From the NCBI GenBank assembly GCA_951406725.2, contig OX597835.1, positions 9,424,001 to 9,488,000 of the forward strand: a DNA stretch of 64,000 nt, read 5' to 3'. The notes beneath the pieces are model-generated. The model did not search any database. It saw only the letters and a program-made list of their open reading frames with translations, and was not told the DNA's origin. Numbering within the stretch: position 1 is the first letter of the stretch; each line of letters opens with the position of its first letter. A program made the position numbers and the translations under genes. Of this stretch, positions 25,726 to 39,765 are shown piece by piece. This DNA comes from Octopus vulgaris. Its lineage: Eukaryota.

Positions 25726-26615
25726 CTAGTTTCAGCTCAGAGCTGCGGTCATGCTGATGCACCGCCGTTTTGCTACACTTTTATTACTAAGAACCTTCTC
25801 TAATAAGTGGCACTTGGTGAGGAATGGAGTTTGACATAGCTACCCTCATTTGCACTTCTTGCCGAAAGGTAAGCTCATCTGGGACTCTCGATAGAAAAAA
25901 ATCCAGCTTTCATTTAAAAAACGCTACATCTACTTTGTGCAAGTTCATCAGACTCTTTGGGAGAATATTAAAAAGCTGTGGGCCCTTGAAACCCAGGCTG
26001 TTGCAGTAGCTGGTCCTGAAGCATGATGGCATTGCTGGGACCTTTGGCACTATGCAGTGTCGTCCCGTTCGGGCATTGTTGTAGCTTTCAATGCCAAAAT
26101 TTGGCACAATTCCTTCCAGGATCTTCCAGATATATATTACTGCATACCTCTCCCGTCTTCTCTTCAGGGAGTAGAGTCTTGGCTGTTTCAACCTTTCCCA
26201 GTTGCTGAGCTGTTGCAAAGAGACGATTTTATTTGTGAATCTTCTCTGGCTTGCTTCAAGGTCCGCTCTTAATTTCACACTGGTGGGTGACCATAGCTGT
26301 GAGCAGTAATCCAGGCGGCTGAGGACGAATGTCCGCCAGAGGACCATTAAGGTTTCCTTATCTCTGGTTCTGAATGTTCTTCGGATCCATCCAGACTGTT
26401 GTCTGCACTTTGTCACCATCCAGGTAATGTGCACTTGAAAAGAGGTATCATCACTCATGTCGATACCCAGATCCCTCGCTGACTTAGGCTCTGGGATTGA
26501 AATTCCCTGTGGACAGATGTACCATGTAAGTTTCATATTCAGTTTTGGATGCTGGTACCGCAGGGCTTGGAATTTTTCAGCTTTAAGCTGCATATTATTA
26601 TCCTCAGCCCATCTG
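25726..26615 (-). mobile_element. CR1-group LINE family 1, 5'-truncated (RT C-terminal region plus 3' UTR)
   Basis: WAEDNNMQL...RDLGIDMSDDTSFQVHI...RTFRTRDKETLMVLWRTFVLSRLDYCSQLWSP...LEASQRRFT...ERLKQPRLYSLKRRRER, the standard CR1/L2-group post-RT motifs. Confidence 0.92.
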
Positions 26616-26911
26616 TAAATATGTATGTATATATGTATGTAAGAATTTATGAATGTATGTATGGGATAACTCCGACATAAAATCTGCGGCTCAGTGGTTA
26701 CCGATGATGTTGACTTGTTCTCCTTTTCGGATTATGGCTGCTGTTGCTTAATGAATAGGATTAAGTCAGTGCACAGCCTTACCTCACTTTAAAATAAAAT
26801 ATTCTTGCACAGGCATTGCACGATAACAACATTGATTAGGCTTCGTGCAATGGCCATACTCGATAACGAGGGGGCAGCCACCATGTACGGATGTATATAA
26901 GCATATATGTA

Positions 26912-26942
<31 letters not shown>

Positions 26943-26956
26943 TTATTTATATATAT

Positions 26957-27037
<81 letters not shown>

Positions 27038-27044
27038 AATATAA

Positions 27045-27338
27045 TAATAAGAGTAAATAATTTCTATAATGGTTTTTAAAAAAGACCACAATTATTTACT
27101 GGTAGAATTCGGTATGTAAATATAGCCGATTAACGGTAGGAACTTCTGTAAATTTCAGTATATATACTGTATATAAGAAAAAGGGACAGGCCGTTCTGTT
27201 TTGCATATGTGATTTGCAGGGTTTTTCGTGTGTGGAGCCCCACTTGTGGAAAATAGAAATAAGCATTCTTGACTGCTATTTCTACTTTTTCAGTATGCGG
27301 GCAAGCAACCTGTTGCCTGTCCCTTTACCTTATATATA
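27045..27338. mobile_element. Short element between (TA)n tracts with nested inverted repeats
   Basis: TATATAAGAAAAAGGGACAGGC (~27170-27192) versus GCCTGTCCCTTTACCTTATATA (~27315-27337); also AGTAAATAATT / AATTATTTACT. Confidence 0.55.
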
Positions 27339-27348
27339 TGTATGTATG

Positions 27349-27410
<62 letters not shown>

Positions 27411-27813
27411 AATAAAATATATTGGCAACTGATGTAAATCTAAGCGGAGGTAAAAATTTAAAAAAAACACGTAAACAACGGTGCTTTTCAATTAGAATTT
27501 CCTAACTGTATCCGTTCTGCATTATATACTACAGGCATTCCTCCTCCAATTTTGCAGTAAGAAAAGTAGGGGACCGCTGACTGGCGCGTTCGAAACCTAT
27601 AACTAGCGGCATTAGTGTCCACCAACTGCGTAAAATATACCCAACCAAATATATACATAAAAAAAGACACACAACACACACTCACTACACATACACACAC
27701 ACACACACTCCCTACACGTACACACAGACACACACACTCACACAGACATACACACAGACACACACACTGACACAGACACACACACTCACACATACATACA
27801 CACACACACTCAC

Positions 27814-27852
<39 letters not shown>

Positions 27853-27921
27853 ATGCATACACACAGACACACACATACATACACACACATGCACACACAC
27901 ATACACACACATACACACACG

Positions 27922-27968
<47 letters not shown>

Positions 27969-28218
27969 GTACACATTACATCTAAACCTCTCTCTAAAAC
28001 TCATCCTAACGCCCCCCCCACCACCACCACCACAATTCACCACTCTCTCATCTTCTTCTGTTTTCAAATGCTACTACGTCATGTGTGTCATCACCAGCAC
28101 TGTTGCTATGACAACAGGCAGCACTGACTTCTACGATGAAAAGGATCGTGTGTTATCGGTGCGTAGAAGAACGAGAGAAGAGAAGAATAGAATGATAAAC
28201 GGGAAACAGAGAGAAAGC

Positions 28219-28254
<36 letters not shown>

Positions 28255-28419
28255 GAGAGAGAGAAGGAAAGGAAGAAAGAAAGGATGGAAGGAAGGAATG
28301 AAGGATGGAAGGAAGGAAGGAAGAAAGAAAATCAATGAAAAGCAAATAAACGAAAGACAAATAGAATAATGATGCGTGAATGACAGATAATAAGGAAGAT
28401 AGAGATAGAGAGAAAAATA

Positions 28420-29422
<1,003 letters not shown>

Positions 29423-30108
29423 GCATTAAAATGACTCTGAGAAATGTTATAGACAAAATATGGTTGCACTAGATATTATTTCGGTGAGGAATATTGGTTA
29501 TTCATGATTCTGAAAAGCCCGAGGCCCCGAGACATACTTCGTAGGAGTGCGAAATGCTATTTGTACTTGTCTCTACACAAATGGTTAGCCTACGTTTGTC
29601 CCCTAATTTTTCTATGCTTCTGTCAACAAATTCCTCTTCTATTTCTCTCTATTGTTCTCCCTTTCCCTACATCTGTGTTTATCTCTCTCTGCCTCTCACT
29701 CTCTCCTGCTCTCTGCCTGTCTGTCTCTCTCTCTTTCTCTCTCTCTCTCTCACTCTCCCTCCCTCTCTCACCCTGTTCCTGTCTGCAAAGAAAGGAAATC
29801 CGTGGAGTGAATCACGCAGACTGAGCTTTGAATAAATAATATCAAATCATAATTTTCTCACTCTACGTAGAATTAGTGACAATCACCGGTGTGAAAACAC
29901 CCTACTCTTCACACACACACACACACACACACACACCAACACACACACACCACATATACACACACACAGACACACAACGTCTCACATATACAAAAATACT
30001 CGCATACATGTGTGAGGTCTGATCATAAAGTATCGGTACTGGTGCTATAGAGACAAAACTTCAACGCATAACAGTTTGGCATTTAATCTCCTTCGAAGTA
30101 CTTACTCA

Positions 30109-30147
<39 letters not shown>

Positions 30148-30451
30148 ACACACACACACATATGTATATAAGTACTTAAATTGAGGCACTTTGCCACTTC
30201 GGCATAGGCGGCACAACCCTACGATATCATTTGAATTTTGAATATGAAGACTATGTTTAGGGATGTTTGTGCTGAATATTCCTGTCATTTGTGCAGACAA
30301 GGCAACCCAGCTAAGTGAAGATATCGGCTCTTCGTAATTCAGACATGTACTTTTTATAAAGTACATTCTGTAGTATTTCCGAAGTGCAGATTCCAAGTTA
30401 ATTACTTATCTACATTCTATATAAGTGTATATATATACACACATACACACA

Positions 30452-30655
30452 GGTGGCGAGCTAGCAGAATCGTTAGCACGCCGGGCGAAATGCGTAGCCG
30501 TATTTCGTCTACCGTTACATTCTGAGTTCAAATTCCGCCGAGGTCGACTTTGCCTTTCATCCTTTCGGGGTCGATAAATTAAGTACCAGTTACGCACGTT
30601 TGTCTGTCCTTGTTTGTCCCTTCTGTGTTTAGCCCCTTGTGGGTAGTAAAGAAAT
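30452..30655 (+). mobile_element. SINE family A, intact head and central domain, internal deletion
   Basis: GGTGGCGAGCTAGCAGAATCGTTAGCACGCCGGGCGAAATGCG...GAGTTCAAATTCCGCCGAGGTCGACTTTGCCTTTCATCCTTTCGGGGTCGATAAATTAAGTACCAG. Confidence 0.9.
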
Positions 30656-31017
30656 ATATATACATACATACATACATATGTACATACATACATATATAAA
30701 CGGGCACTGAAATTGCAATACGGTGACAGTTGTTTACGAGGCATAAATAACAGCAATATGACCCAATGGACAACCGAGCGTGCGGAAGTATGCGGGGCAA
30801 CGAAAAATTCCTTCAGAACCCGCGTTAAAAACCACAATCTTCATTTAACATCACAGAGAGACGTAACGTGACAACCCAAGCCAAGCACGTCTAGGCTTTG
30901 AAAGAAAGCACCATCGACTGGAAGATCGTATAGTCACACGCATATATACATTTGTGCATGTACGTGTATGTGTGTACGTGTCTATGTATGTATACACACA
31001 CTTTTCATTACTTTATG

Positions 31018-31640
31018 CGTTTCAGTTCATAGTCTGTAACCATGCTGCGGCACTACCACTATTACGAGTTCTTTTGATAGCCATTCTCTTGTGTTTAGCT
31101 TTTGGTCAATTTGCTGTTTCATATTGCTAACTTCTTTGGAGGTTTGGTCCTAATTACTTTTGTTGCGGTGTGTTAGAACAAGCCGGCTATTAGCTGAAGT
31201 TTGGAGAATTCTCTGCATTAGCAAGTTTTGCTGTCTGTGTAACAGGTGGCTTATCTGAGAGAGCTACCATAAATAGCAGCCACCCGCAAGTGCCTCTATT
31301 GCAAACTGTATGGTGAGGTTTCCATTGACTGCCACAGCCTGGCTTCTGTCTTTTAAGAAGTCATGTAACCACTCACCCAGTTTTCTGACTTGACGGGTCT
31401 TTCTGACATATCATCGCCTGCAAAATCGATTGCATACGGCATCCACGTTTGAGTGATTTATTAGTTGTTTCAAACATCCAGTCTTAAGCGGAAGCCATGC
31501 TAGAGGTCAGGGAGCAAATCATTATCCTCTGGGAACGTAATCACCTACTTCCTCAGCATGCTTTCCGAGATTTTGCTGGTATGTGAAATTAGAGAGTCAA
31601 GCCTATAATTTTTTGTATCCGCTTTTCTACCTCCATTTAG
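31018..31640 (-). mobile_element. Old, internally deleted CR1-group LINE relic
   Basis: Minus strand: KLGEWLHDFLKDRSQAVAVNG and SLISHTSKISE (YRPISLTS-like); degenerate tail GTAGTGCCGCAGCATGGTTACAG...CTGAAAC. Confidence 0.7.
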
Positions 31641-31900
31641 GATATAGTATGCCTTATTTTAACTTCTTTTATTCACAGGAATTTTTGAATAAATAACTAT
31701 GTTGTATAATAGTGGGGGTAAGCACGGATGCAAAACGGGCGTATAATTTTCGGATACAGAAATTAATACCAGATACAGAAGGTTACGAAACGGCGGTAAT
31801 CTGACGGAAAAATAAATCTATCTCCATCTCTCATACGTCCTGACTTTATATCTCTGCAACTGTGTGCATGCGTGTGCGAGCGCAGTGTATAAATACATAC

Positions 31901-31978
<78 letters not shown>

Positions 31979-32468
31979 CAAATAAGAAAATGGAGAAATG
32001 GAGAAGCACAATAATCCATTCATCAAATTTAGAACATTAAAATGTTAACTTATTTAGTTATTAAAATGATAAATATAATAACATACATACATTCTATACA
32101 TATATAATAAGAATACAAGCAATTATTAAAAAAACATGAATATAAATTATTAAAATCATTTACAGCTGTTTCAGCCATAGTTAAAGGCATCTCATTTTGC
32201 CTATATATCATTTTAATAAATAAATAAGTTAACATTTTAATGTCCTAAAGTTGGTGAACCAACTATTGTGTTTCTCCATGTTCTTATTTGTAATATAAAT
32301 TAATGGTAAAATATCTCTTTACCGTCACCCATTTAATACAATAGTTAAGTTAATTGCATTGCTATTAAAAACACTTGTGTATTAATAATTGGATATTATA
32401 CCAACAGTAAATTGGATAGATATTATCCCTTAGTGGGTCGTACCCACAACCTCTAATTTTCTTTGAGT

Positions 32469-32470
<2 letters not shown>
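31979..32470. mobile_element. Foldback element (arms ~31979-32072 / 32205-32290) between (TA)n tracts, with a decayed hammerhead-like motif in the loop
   Basis: TTCATCAAATTTAGAACATTAAAATGTTAACTTATTTAGTTATTAAAATGATA versus its reverse complement; minus strand TGAGA-TGCC...GGCT-GAAA-CAGCTG-TA at about 32160-32195. Confidence 0.75.
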
Positions 32471-32499
<29 letters not shown>

Positions 32500-32626
32500 T
32501 TTTTGCAAGACGCAACGAAAGTTTTAGGACAATAAAAATAAGAAAAAAGTGTAAATTTTACCGGTGAACGTGTTAAATAATAAGGCACAAAAGCCAAAAG
32601 GAAACTTACTCTCCCCAGACATAACA

Positions 32627-32661
<35 letters not shown>

Positions 32662-32665
<4 letters not shown>

Positions 32666-32935
32666 CTGCGGAGGCAATAAGGAGTTAGATTCCCAGTCAC
32701 TTTCTACTAAAGCCTCATTCCGACCAAAACCTTTTAAGTAGGTATTTCAGATGAAATTGAAAAAAGCCTTCTTTGCATAGGTACGCATAGGTACGCGCAC
32801 GTGTGTTTATGCGTTTGTGTTTGTATGTGTGTATGTGATTATCTTTGTCATCGAATGTTTGATAGCAACAATGTGTATCTAAATTTGTGCATCTAATTTC
32901 AGCAAGTTCACTCCAGAATGGACACAAAGGTAAGA
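32662..32935 (+). mobile_element. Highly decayed SINE family B-like relic
   Basis: CTACTAAAGCCTC...CCGACCAAAACC...GAAATTGAAAAAAGCCT echoes family B. Confidence 0.45.
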
Positions 32936-33310
32936 AGAAGTGAATGAAGATTGGAAAGAATGTCTAAAGATAGAAAATAGAATCTCCGTAATAATTTCGA
33001 AGATATATTTGAGAAACATACAAAGGTTATTGCGGAAGAAACCACATGGCATACCGAATGCTATATTAAATTAAATTATCAACTATATTTATGAAGGAAA
33101 AAAAAAAATATTAAATTGGTTCTCTAGCAACTTCTTAGCTAGCTGGAGGTAAATGTATTTATGAGTCTAAAAACGTTCATATTAGACACTTTGCCTAATA
33201 CATAATTTCATCTAATTTAATTTTAATACATATATGTACACTAACGTACATAAAAATATTAAATAGATAAATAAACCTCTGATTTAAATGTAATATGTGT
33301 TGAAGCTAAA

Positions 33311-33451
<141 letters not shown>

Positions 33452-33475
33452 TGATGATGATGATGATAATAATAA

Positions 33476-33602
33476 CACATCCTGCGCAGAACACTTTCCA
33501 TACAATAACCATCAGAGCATCACAACAAATCACAGCACATACCCAAGGCACACAGAGCTGCGCTCGGTAGTGAAGTGAAAGCACGCTATAAAAATAAAAA
33601 TT

Positions 33603-33608
<6 letters not shown>
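33476..33608 (+). mobile_element. Dong/R4-like family 1 3' end in (TAA)n
   Basis: HILRRTLSIQ* plus a 3' UTR nearly identical to 7617-7750. Confidence 0.8.
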
Positions 33609-33667
<59 letters not shown>

Positions 33668-33669
<2 letters not shown>

Positions 33670-34220
33670 GCCCTGATGCAGTACCAGGCAGTGGCTCTCA
33701 TGGCTTCTGATCTTAACTGATTGGAAGTGTTATCATGTACATTGTTTTGTCTTGGTATAAAAGATGGGCTACAGCAAATATTCTGCTCAATACCACAGAT
33801 TTGCTTGTCAGTTGTTTGACCTTAACCAGTTGAGCATGTCCCTTAGTGGCTGACGATATGTGCATCTCTGATCACGAGCAGAAGTATGGGGGAGCATCAT
33901 AGCCATGTGTTGAGAGGGATTCTTTGGGGTTTGAATAGTTCACCTCTGGAAACATGGGTGGTTCTTTCAACATCCTTAAACAACCCTTATTCAGGGACCG
34001 TTTGAGCGGATGGGATATCAACCTGAAGAAAATTCTAACTGGGCCCCACTTGCAAGGTCATGTGCTGTTTATCTTGATATGAGATCACCATGTCGCGCAT
34101 ATATGGTTGTGATGCGTGTGCCTGGTGTACCTTTATCAGACGGGTAGTCATGATGGGTATATTGGGCTTCGTATATTTTACCCCAGTGTCACTTTGATGG
34201 CATGAACTGCTCTCTCACTC
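33668..34220 (+). mobile_element. ~550-bp non-coding element flanked on both sides by (TAA)n; longest copy in the window
   Basis: ATGCCCTGATGCAGTACCAGG...GCTCTCTCACTC(AAT)n. Partial copies at 7949-8191 and 51229-51462 keep the same end. Confidence 0.85.
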
Positions 34221-34270
<50 letters not shown>

Positions 34271-34529
34271 TGATGATGATGATGTTACTAATGTATACTT
34301 GAACAAGATTATATACCACAGAATTATAAGTAAGAGAGAATTTCGAAGATGTTCCAATGTTATAAACATTCATAAATGTGTCAGAACGGTTTTTCTTGAT
34401 TAGCATTTCGCTAAGTTCACAAATTCATTCTTGTAGTTCAACAGATTGGGATTAAAAGTCAGCAGTGACGCAAATAACGCCAGTGTCACTCCAAAAGCGA
34501 AAGCTAAAGTATAAACTCGTCTATTGCCA

Positions 34530-34850
34530 CTCATATTTTAACTGTTTACCCTCTACCAGTTATATTGTAACTATTTACAGTTTATATTATAACTGCTTAC
34601 CGTCTACCATGTATATTTCAAATGTTTACCGTCTGCTTTTTATATTTCAACTGTTTTACATCTGCCAGTTATATTCCAAATGTTTACCGTCTACCAGTTA
34701 TATTGTAACTGTTTACCGTCTACCATTTCTAATGTTTACCGTCTGCTTTTTATATCTTTCATACCGTCTACCATTTCAAATGTTTACCATCTGCCTTTTA
34801 TATTTCAGCTGTATACCCTGTACCAGTTATATTTCAACTGTCTACCGTCT
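34530..34850. repeat. Degenerate ~20-30-bp minisatellite
   Basis: About ten or more variants of TGTTTACCGTCTACCAGTTATATTTCAAC. Confidence 0.8.
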
Positions 34851-34944
34851 GTTAGTTCGCTATTTAAATAAGCTAAAGTAAATATATGCATTCTTGTATC
34901 CGTTACACTTACAAAATATTCTAACATTTAGCGATTAGTTTCTT

Positions 34945-35068
34945 TTTTTTTTTTCATCACAATTTAGAGTTAATATTCTAGCGATTCAGAAAAATACATT
35001 TTTTTTTAAAAAAACGTAGAAAGTAAAAAATATAATATAAGTAATATATAAAAATATATAGGAATATA

Positions 35069-35120
<52 letters not shown>

Positions 35121-35372
35121 GGAGCATATAAAAAATATATAATATATATCATGTAAATAAAATAAAAGTTCATCGTTTAGAAATCTTATTAAATAATTAT
35201 TCAAGTAAAAGAAGCCTTATATTTAAAAAGGGAACCATAGGGATAAATATGGTTCCCTTTTTAAATTTAAGGCTTCTTTTACTTGAATAATTATTTAATA
35301 AGATTTCTAAACGATGAACTTTTATTTTATTTACATGATATATATTATATATTTTTTATATGCTCCTATATG

Positions 35373-35404
<32 letters not shown>

Positions 35405-35530
35405 TTTTTTATATACCTATATATTTTTATATATTACTTATATTATATTTTTACTTTCTACGTTTTTTTAAAAAAATGTATTTTTCTGAATCGCTAAAAT
35501 ATTAACTCTAAATTGTGATGAAAAAAAAAA
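34945..35530. repeat. Large near-perfect palindrome, ~290-bp arms, 8-nt loop (foldback/MITE-like)
   Basis: Centre GGGAACCATA-GGGATAAA-TATGGTTCCC. The ORF track gives the same peptide MNNYLIRFLNDELLFYLHDIYY on both strands (34986-35204 minus, 35283-35471 plus). Confidence 0.97.
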
Positions 35531-35688
35531 TTTTCTCGCACTTTATTATTATTATATGCTTGTCTGCTTATACAGATGAATTATGCTCCATCTTGCGGGA
35601 TGTTTATATGTATATTCTATGATTAAATGTTCGAATTATGAAATGATATGCGGATGACCTTGCATTTGTTTGGTCGATAATTTTAGTT

Positions 35689-35738
<50 letters not shown>

Positions 35739-36067
35739 AGTATAACAGATAAAATTTGAGAAATGTGGTGATCGCTACAACGGCTACACAATCCTGAAAC
35801 TCCATATCCGGATTCAGAAACACCCACATTGTGCTTTCCGGTTACGAAACAAATGTCACATCACACAGCAACGAAGTAGGCATATCCATTTCAGCTGCAG
35901 ACCGGAATATTGGTAACTTATGAGTGAAGAAGACTATTCTCATCAAATCAAATAGCATAAAACAATTATTGAACAACAGAACCGAAATGAATGGCACCAA
36001 CCAACTAGCGCTTCTGACTATGTTGCTTTATTTCTCTTTCTCTCACTCATTCACTCTCCCTTTCTCT

Positions 36068-36100
<33 letters not shown>

Positions 36101-37923
36101 CGCCTACTCACTTTTTCACTTTTCTAATTAATCTCTCACAAACATTCTCTACCCCACAGCATATTTTAGCACACTCTTTGTACAACCAAACTTATATAAA
36201 AGAAGAATATCCTCAAGATACATCAACTACCGAGACTAGTTTTCTTTTCAATATTCACCGTCTGGATATTTTTTTTCAAATGTGAATGGAAAGTTTGAAT
36301 GAAACACTTAACCTTATGTTCTCTCGTTTAAAAATCTTTGTGAAGGAAACGTGTGAAAACGGCTTCGCTTTTGATTTCCTTTCTGGTTCTCGCCGTAATA
36401 TTATTATAAACATCGTAAACTCCATACCATCGAAGTCATAAAATTGCGTTGCTTTTTGACCAATGTTCCAAAATAATGCGTTTAAGTAAACTTTTAATTA
36501 ATACTTGTAATTAATGTTTTTAAAAGAATGAGTGTGCATGCGGATGTTCATTTTGCATGCTCCTGTGTAGATGCGTATATATTCACACACACACACACTA
36601 TATATATACACTGAATCGCATATTTATTTATACATATATACATACAGCAGGTATATAAATGCTCGCATGCAGACACGCACGCTCACAAACACACGCACAC
36701 ACAAACACACACACACATGCTATAAAACATATCAATAAATCTTATTAGTTAAAGATTTCGAAAACCAACGTTTTTGATTTTTTTCTTTTCTTTTCTGTTG
36801 TAGATAATACGCCACCATAGAGGAAGGAGAGATTGAAATCAAATGTGAGGTGTAACATTTATTTGAGCGAAATTTTTTTGACTCAAGATTTTTGACTCAA
36901 AGCGTCAATAGTTTGAACAAAAGAAATGAACTGTCAGCGAATTGTAAGCATGCATATAAAAGTCTCTTTGAATTTCTTGCTGTTTCAGAGAAAGAAAAAA
37001 AAACACACTCTGAGTACTAGAAATCGGGGTGTTTCCGTTATGATTTATTAAAAAACAATCTAATGATGACGATGGTGAAAGTGGCGGTGGTGGTAGTGGT
37101 GGTGAGTCGATAGTTTTGCTTATAATAAAATATGGATGACAGACGATGTAAGCCAACAGAGGAATGTCTGAGAGGTTCGAACTACTAGTACAACACAAGA
37201 ACATCGGCGTGTAGAAGGGGAAATATGAATCAAAAAGTATACAGTAATTAGAACAGGTAAGGGAAAGAATTTAATACATAATATTAAAATGAGTGAGAAT
37301 GTTAAAAAGTTGTAAATACATGGTTGGAAGTTACTACAAAAGCAACGTGAATATTTTCTGTAATCACTGCGAAGCTATCAGATTTATAAATGAACCTCTG
37401 AACTGCTTAGAGAATGGGAAAGTCATGTTCCTTTAATTACAATATTATCCAAACTGAAAGATTTTTCAATGAAAGTAAAGTCGAATATACAATTTATAAG
37501 GAAGATACATATTTATGGCCCGATGTTAACTTACAATCATCTAAAACACTTCAAATCTACCGTAAAATTTCCACGGGTCTCGCTAGTTATTTTCTTTTAT
37601 TTCTCAGAGATCTCCGTGTTACATGCTCTGGTCGATTCTGTGAGAACGGACATCAACCTGTTGTCAGAGGTCTCACAGGGTCTCTTTCTGCAAAATATAA
37701 GCTTTGGTAGCTAGATATTAACTTATGGTGGAAGACACTCAACATCCAAGCACTCATCTCAAAATCCAAGATGTCCTTAATGTCAATTCCAACTTATCCG
37801 ACATATTTCTCGAACCTGATTGTTAGCGCTCAAGAATGCCCCCGCAGGTACTGGAATAAAGTTACTCTCCTCATTGCCGACATTATTGCAATTTTGTCTT
37901 TTAGTAGTCTGTATTTGTACTTT

Positions 37924-37972
37924 TCTTCTTCTTCTTCTTCTTCTTCTTCTTCTTCTTCTTCTTCTTCTTCTA

Positions 37973-38033
<61 letters not shown>

Positions 38034-38090
38034 TATGTTTGACTTTTGCTTTATGTCTGTACAAGTCATGAAGCAAAAGTCAAACATAGA

Positions 38091-38134
<44 letters not shown>

Positions 38135-38188
38135 CATTATTATTATTGTTGTTGTTGTTGTTGTTATTATTATTATTATTATTATTAT

Positions 38189-38279
<91 letters not shown>

Positions 38280-38320
38280 GGTAGTGGTGCTGGTGGTGGT
38301 GTTGGTGGTGGTAGCAGCAG
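37924..38320. repeat. Compound (TTC)/(TTA)/(TAG)/(GGT) microsatellite with an embedded hairpin of Dong family 2 ends (38030-38092)
   Basis: ATTCTATGTTTGACTTTTGCTT ... AAGCAAAAGTCAAACATAGAAT, which matches 51140-51161. Confidence 0.9.
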
Positions 38321-38939
38321 CATATGTCACGTGCCACACATTCCTGGATTTAATTTAATCGGAAGATGCACTTTTACCTGACAGATCAAAGTAAATGAAT
38401 GAGTTAATTAAATCGAAGGGAATATCATCGGCGTTTGGTTTGTTTAGAATTTCCCTCTTGTCGTTGAGCAAAAGATAATTTCTTTTTTTTTTTTTTTTTT
38501 GCTTACCTGTTGAGAATTCTTTCGTTTGGAGAGAGAAATATTGCAATTTCATTTTCTCAGTTGGGAATTCAGTGTTTCTGGTAGTTCCAAATTTATCATC
38601 AAAACAAATTCCATACAGAGATTCCACAACATCTCATGGTTAATCTGGAGAAGTGAAATTAATTTGCGCGTTCTCTTGTAGATTATTTTTGCTTTCGCTA
38701 TTGATATTGGTGAAAGTGAACCATCTGAAGGCGGATGGAGAGGCCACCAGACTGTAAGGCTTTTTAATTCAATAATGAATCACAACGTCACGTTTTTTTA
38801 TCATAACACTTGACGTCACATAATAGTGTTTCGAGGTTGTTGATGTTACCACATGTCTTCGCTTATCAACACGGACAGAATTACACGAAATTCCACAGCA
38901 TAAAAGCTGCTATGACCTCTCGCACACCCTATCTTATCC

Positions 38940-39120
38940 TTATTTCAATCATTTGACTGTGGCCATGTTAGAGCACCGCTTTGAGCAGTTTTAGTCAAAC
39001 AAATCAACCACAGTATTAATTTCTCTTCAAGTCTGATGTCTAGTCTATCGGTCAATTTTGCCTATATATTACGGGAATATAAATAAAACAACACCGGTTG
39101 TCGAAAAGTGGGAGTGTCAA
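38940..39120 (-). mobile_element. SINE family B 3' part, diverged
   Basis: TTTCAATCATTTGACTGTGGCCATGTTAGAGCACCGC...CTATCGGTC...CACCGGTTGTC. Confidence 0.7.
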
Positions 39121-39765
39121 CCACATACAGAAAATCTCCACTTCTGAATTTTGCAAACCATATTCTGCAAGTTCTTTCATTCAAGCATTCTTTCCCATAA
39201 ACTGAGTGTATGTTTCAAGTCACTTCGGCTGCAGAGTTTCCTTTTGTGTACTCATAAAGTATTATGTGCCTCAAATGTTTTTTGGATACTTCCTTTTAGA
39301 AAGGGTTTAAATCAAAGAAATTTTAATTCTATTATTCTGTAAAATAATAGTTAATTAGTTTAAATGTACACACATGCATAAAAGTAATTTTTAATTCCAT
39401 TAGACATTTTAAAATACTATCAAATTTCATTCAATATTAAAAAAAAAGTAAAATCAGAACTTATGGGACGACCTGATAATTTCAAATGTAGTTCACACAG
39501 CATTTCCTCTCGCCTATCTTCCATATTACTTCAGTCGCTGTTATAACCAGTCAATATTGTAGGTACCAGAAATTTAGTAGATATGGTATTATTTGCTTTC
39601 GGGAACAGTCAAAAGGCCAGAGAATATTACTGGACATCAAATAGCGCATAATCAATTGAATTGATACACGTATATTGCTGGTTCATGTAAATTTGCTGCA
39701 GTTACGATAGCTTTAAATCAGTTTCACGGTTGAGATAAGAGACAACGGACAAAAAATTTTTAATG

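Noticed and set aside
27215-27300. Hammerhead in the 27045-27338 element (minus-strand CTGAAAA plus hairpin)
   Set aside because: Core is mutated and no GAAA follows the putative stem II.
33668-33720. Resemblance of CCTG-ATGCAGTAC-CAGG to U2 snRNA stem-loop IV
   Set aside because: Match too short; no U2 5' end, branch-point recognition sequence or Sm site.
37587-37710. Plus-strand exon candidate after a polypyrimidine acceptor
   Set aside because: Weak donor, unrecognisable peptide; could equally be a LINE relic.
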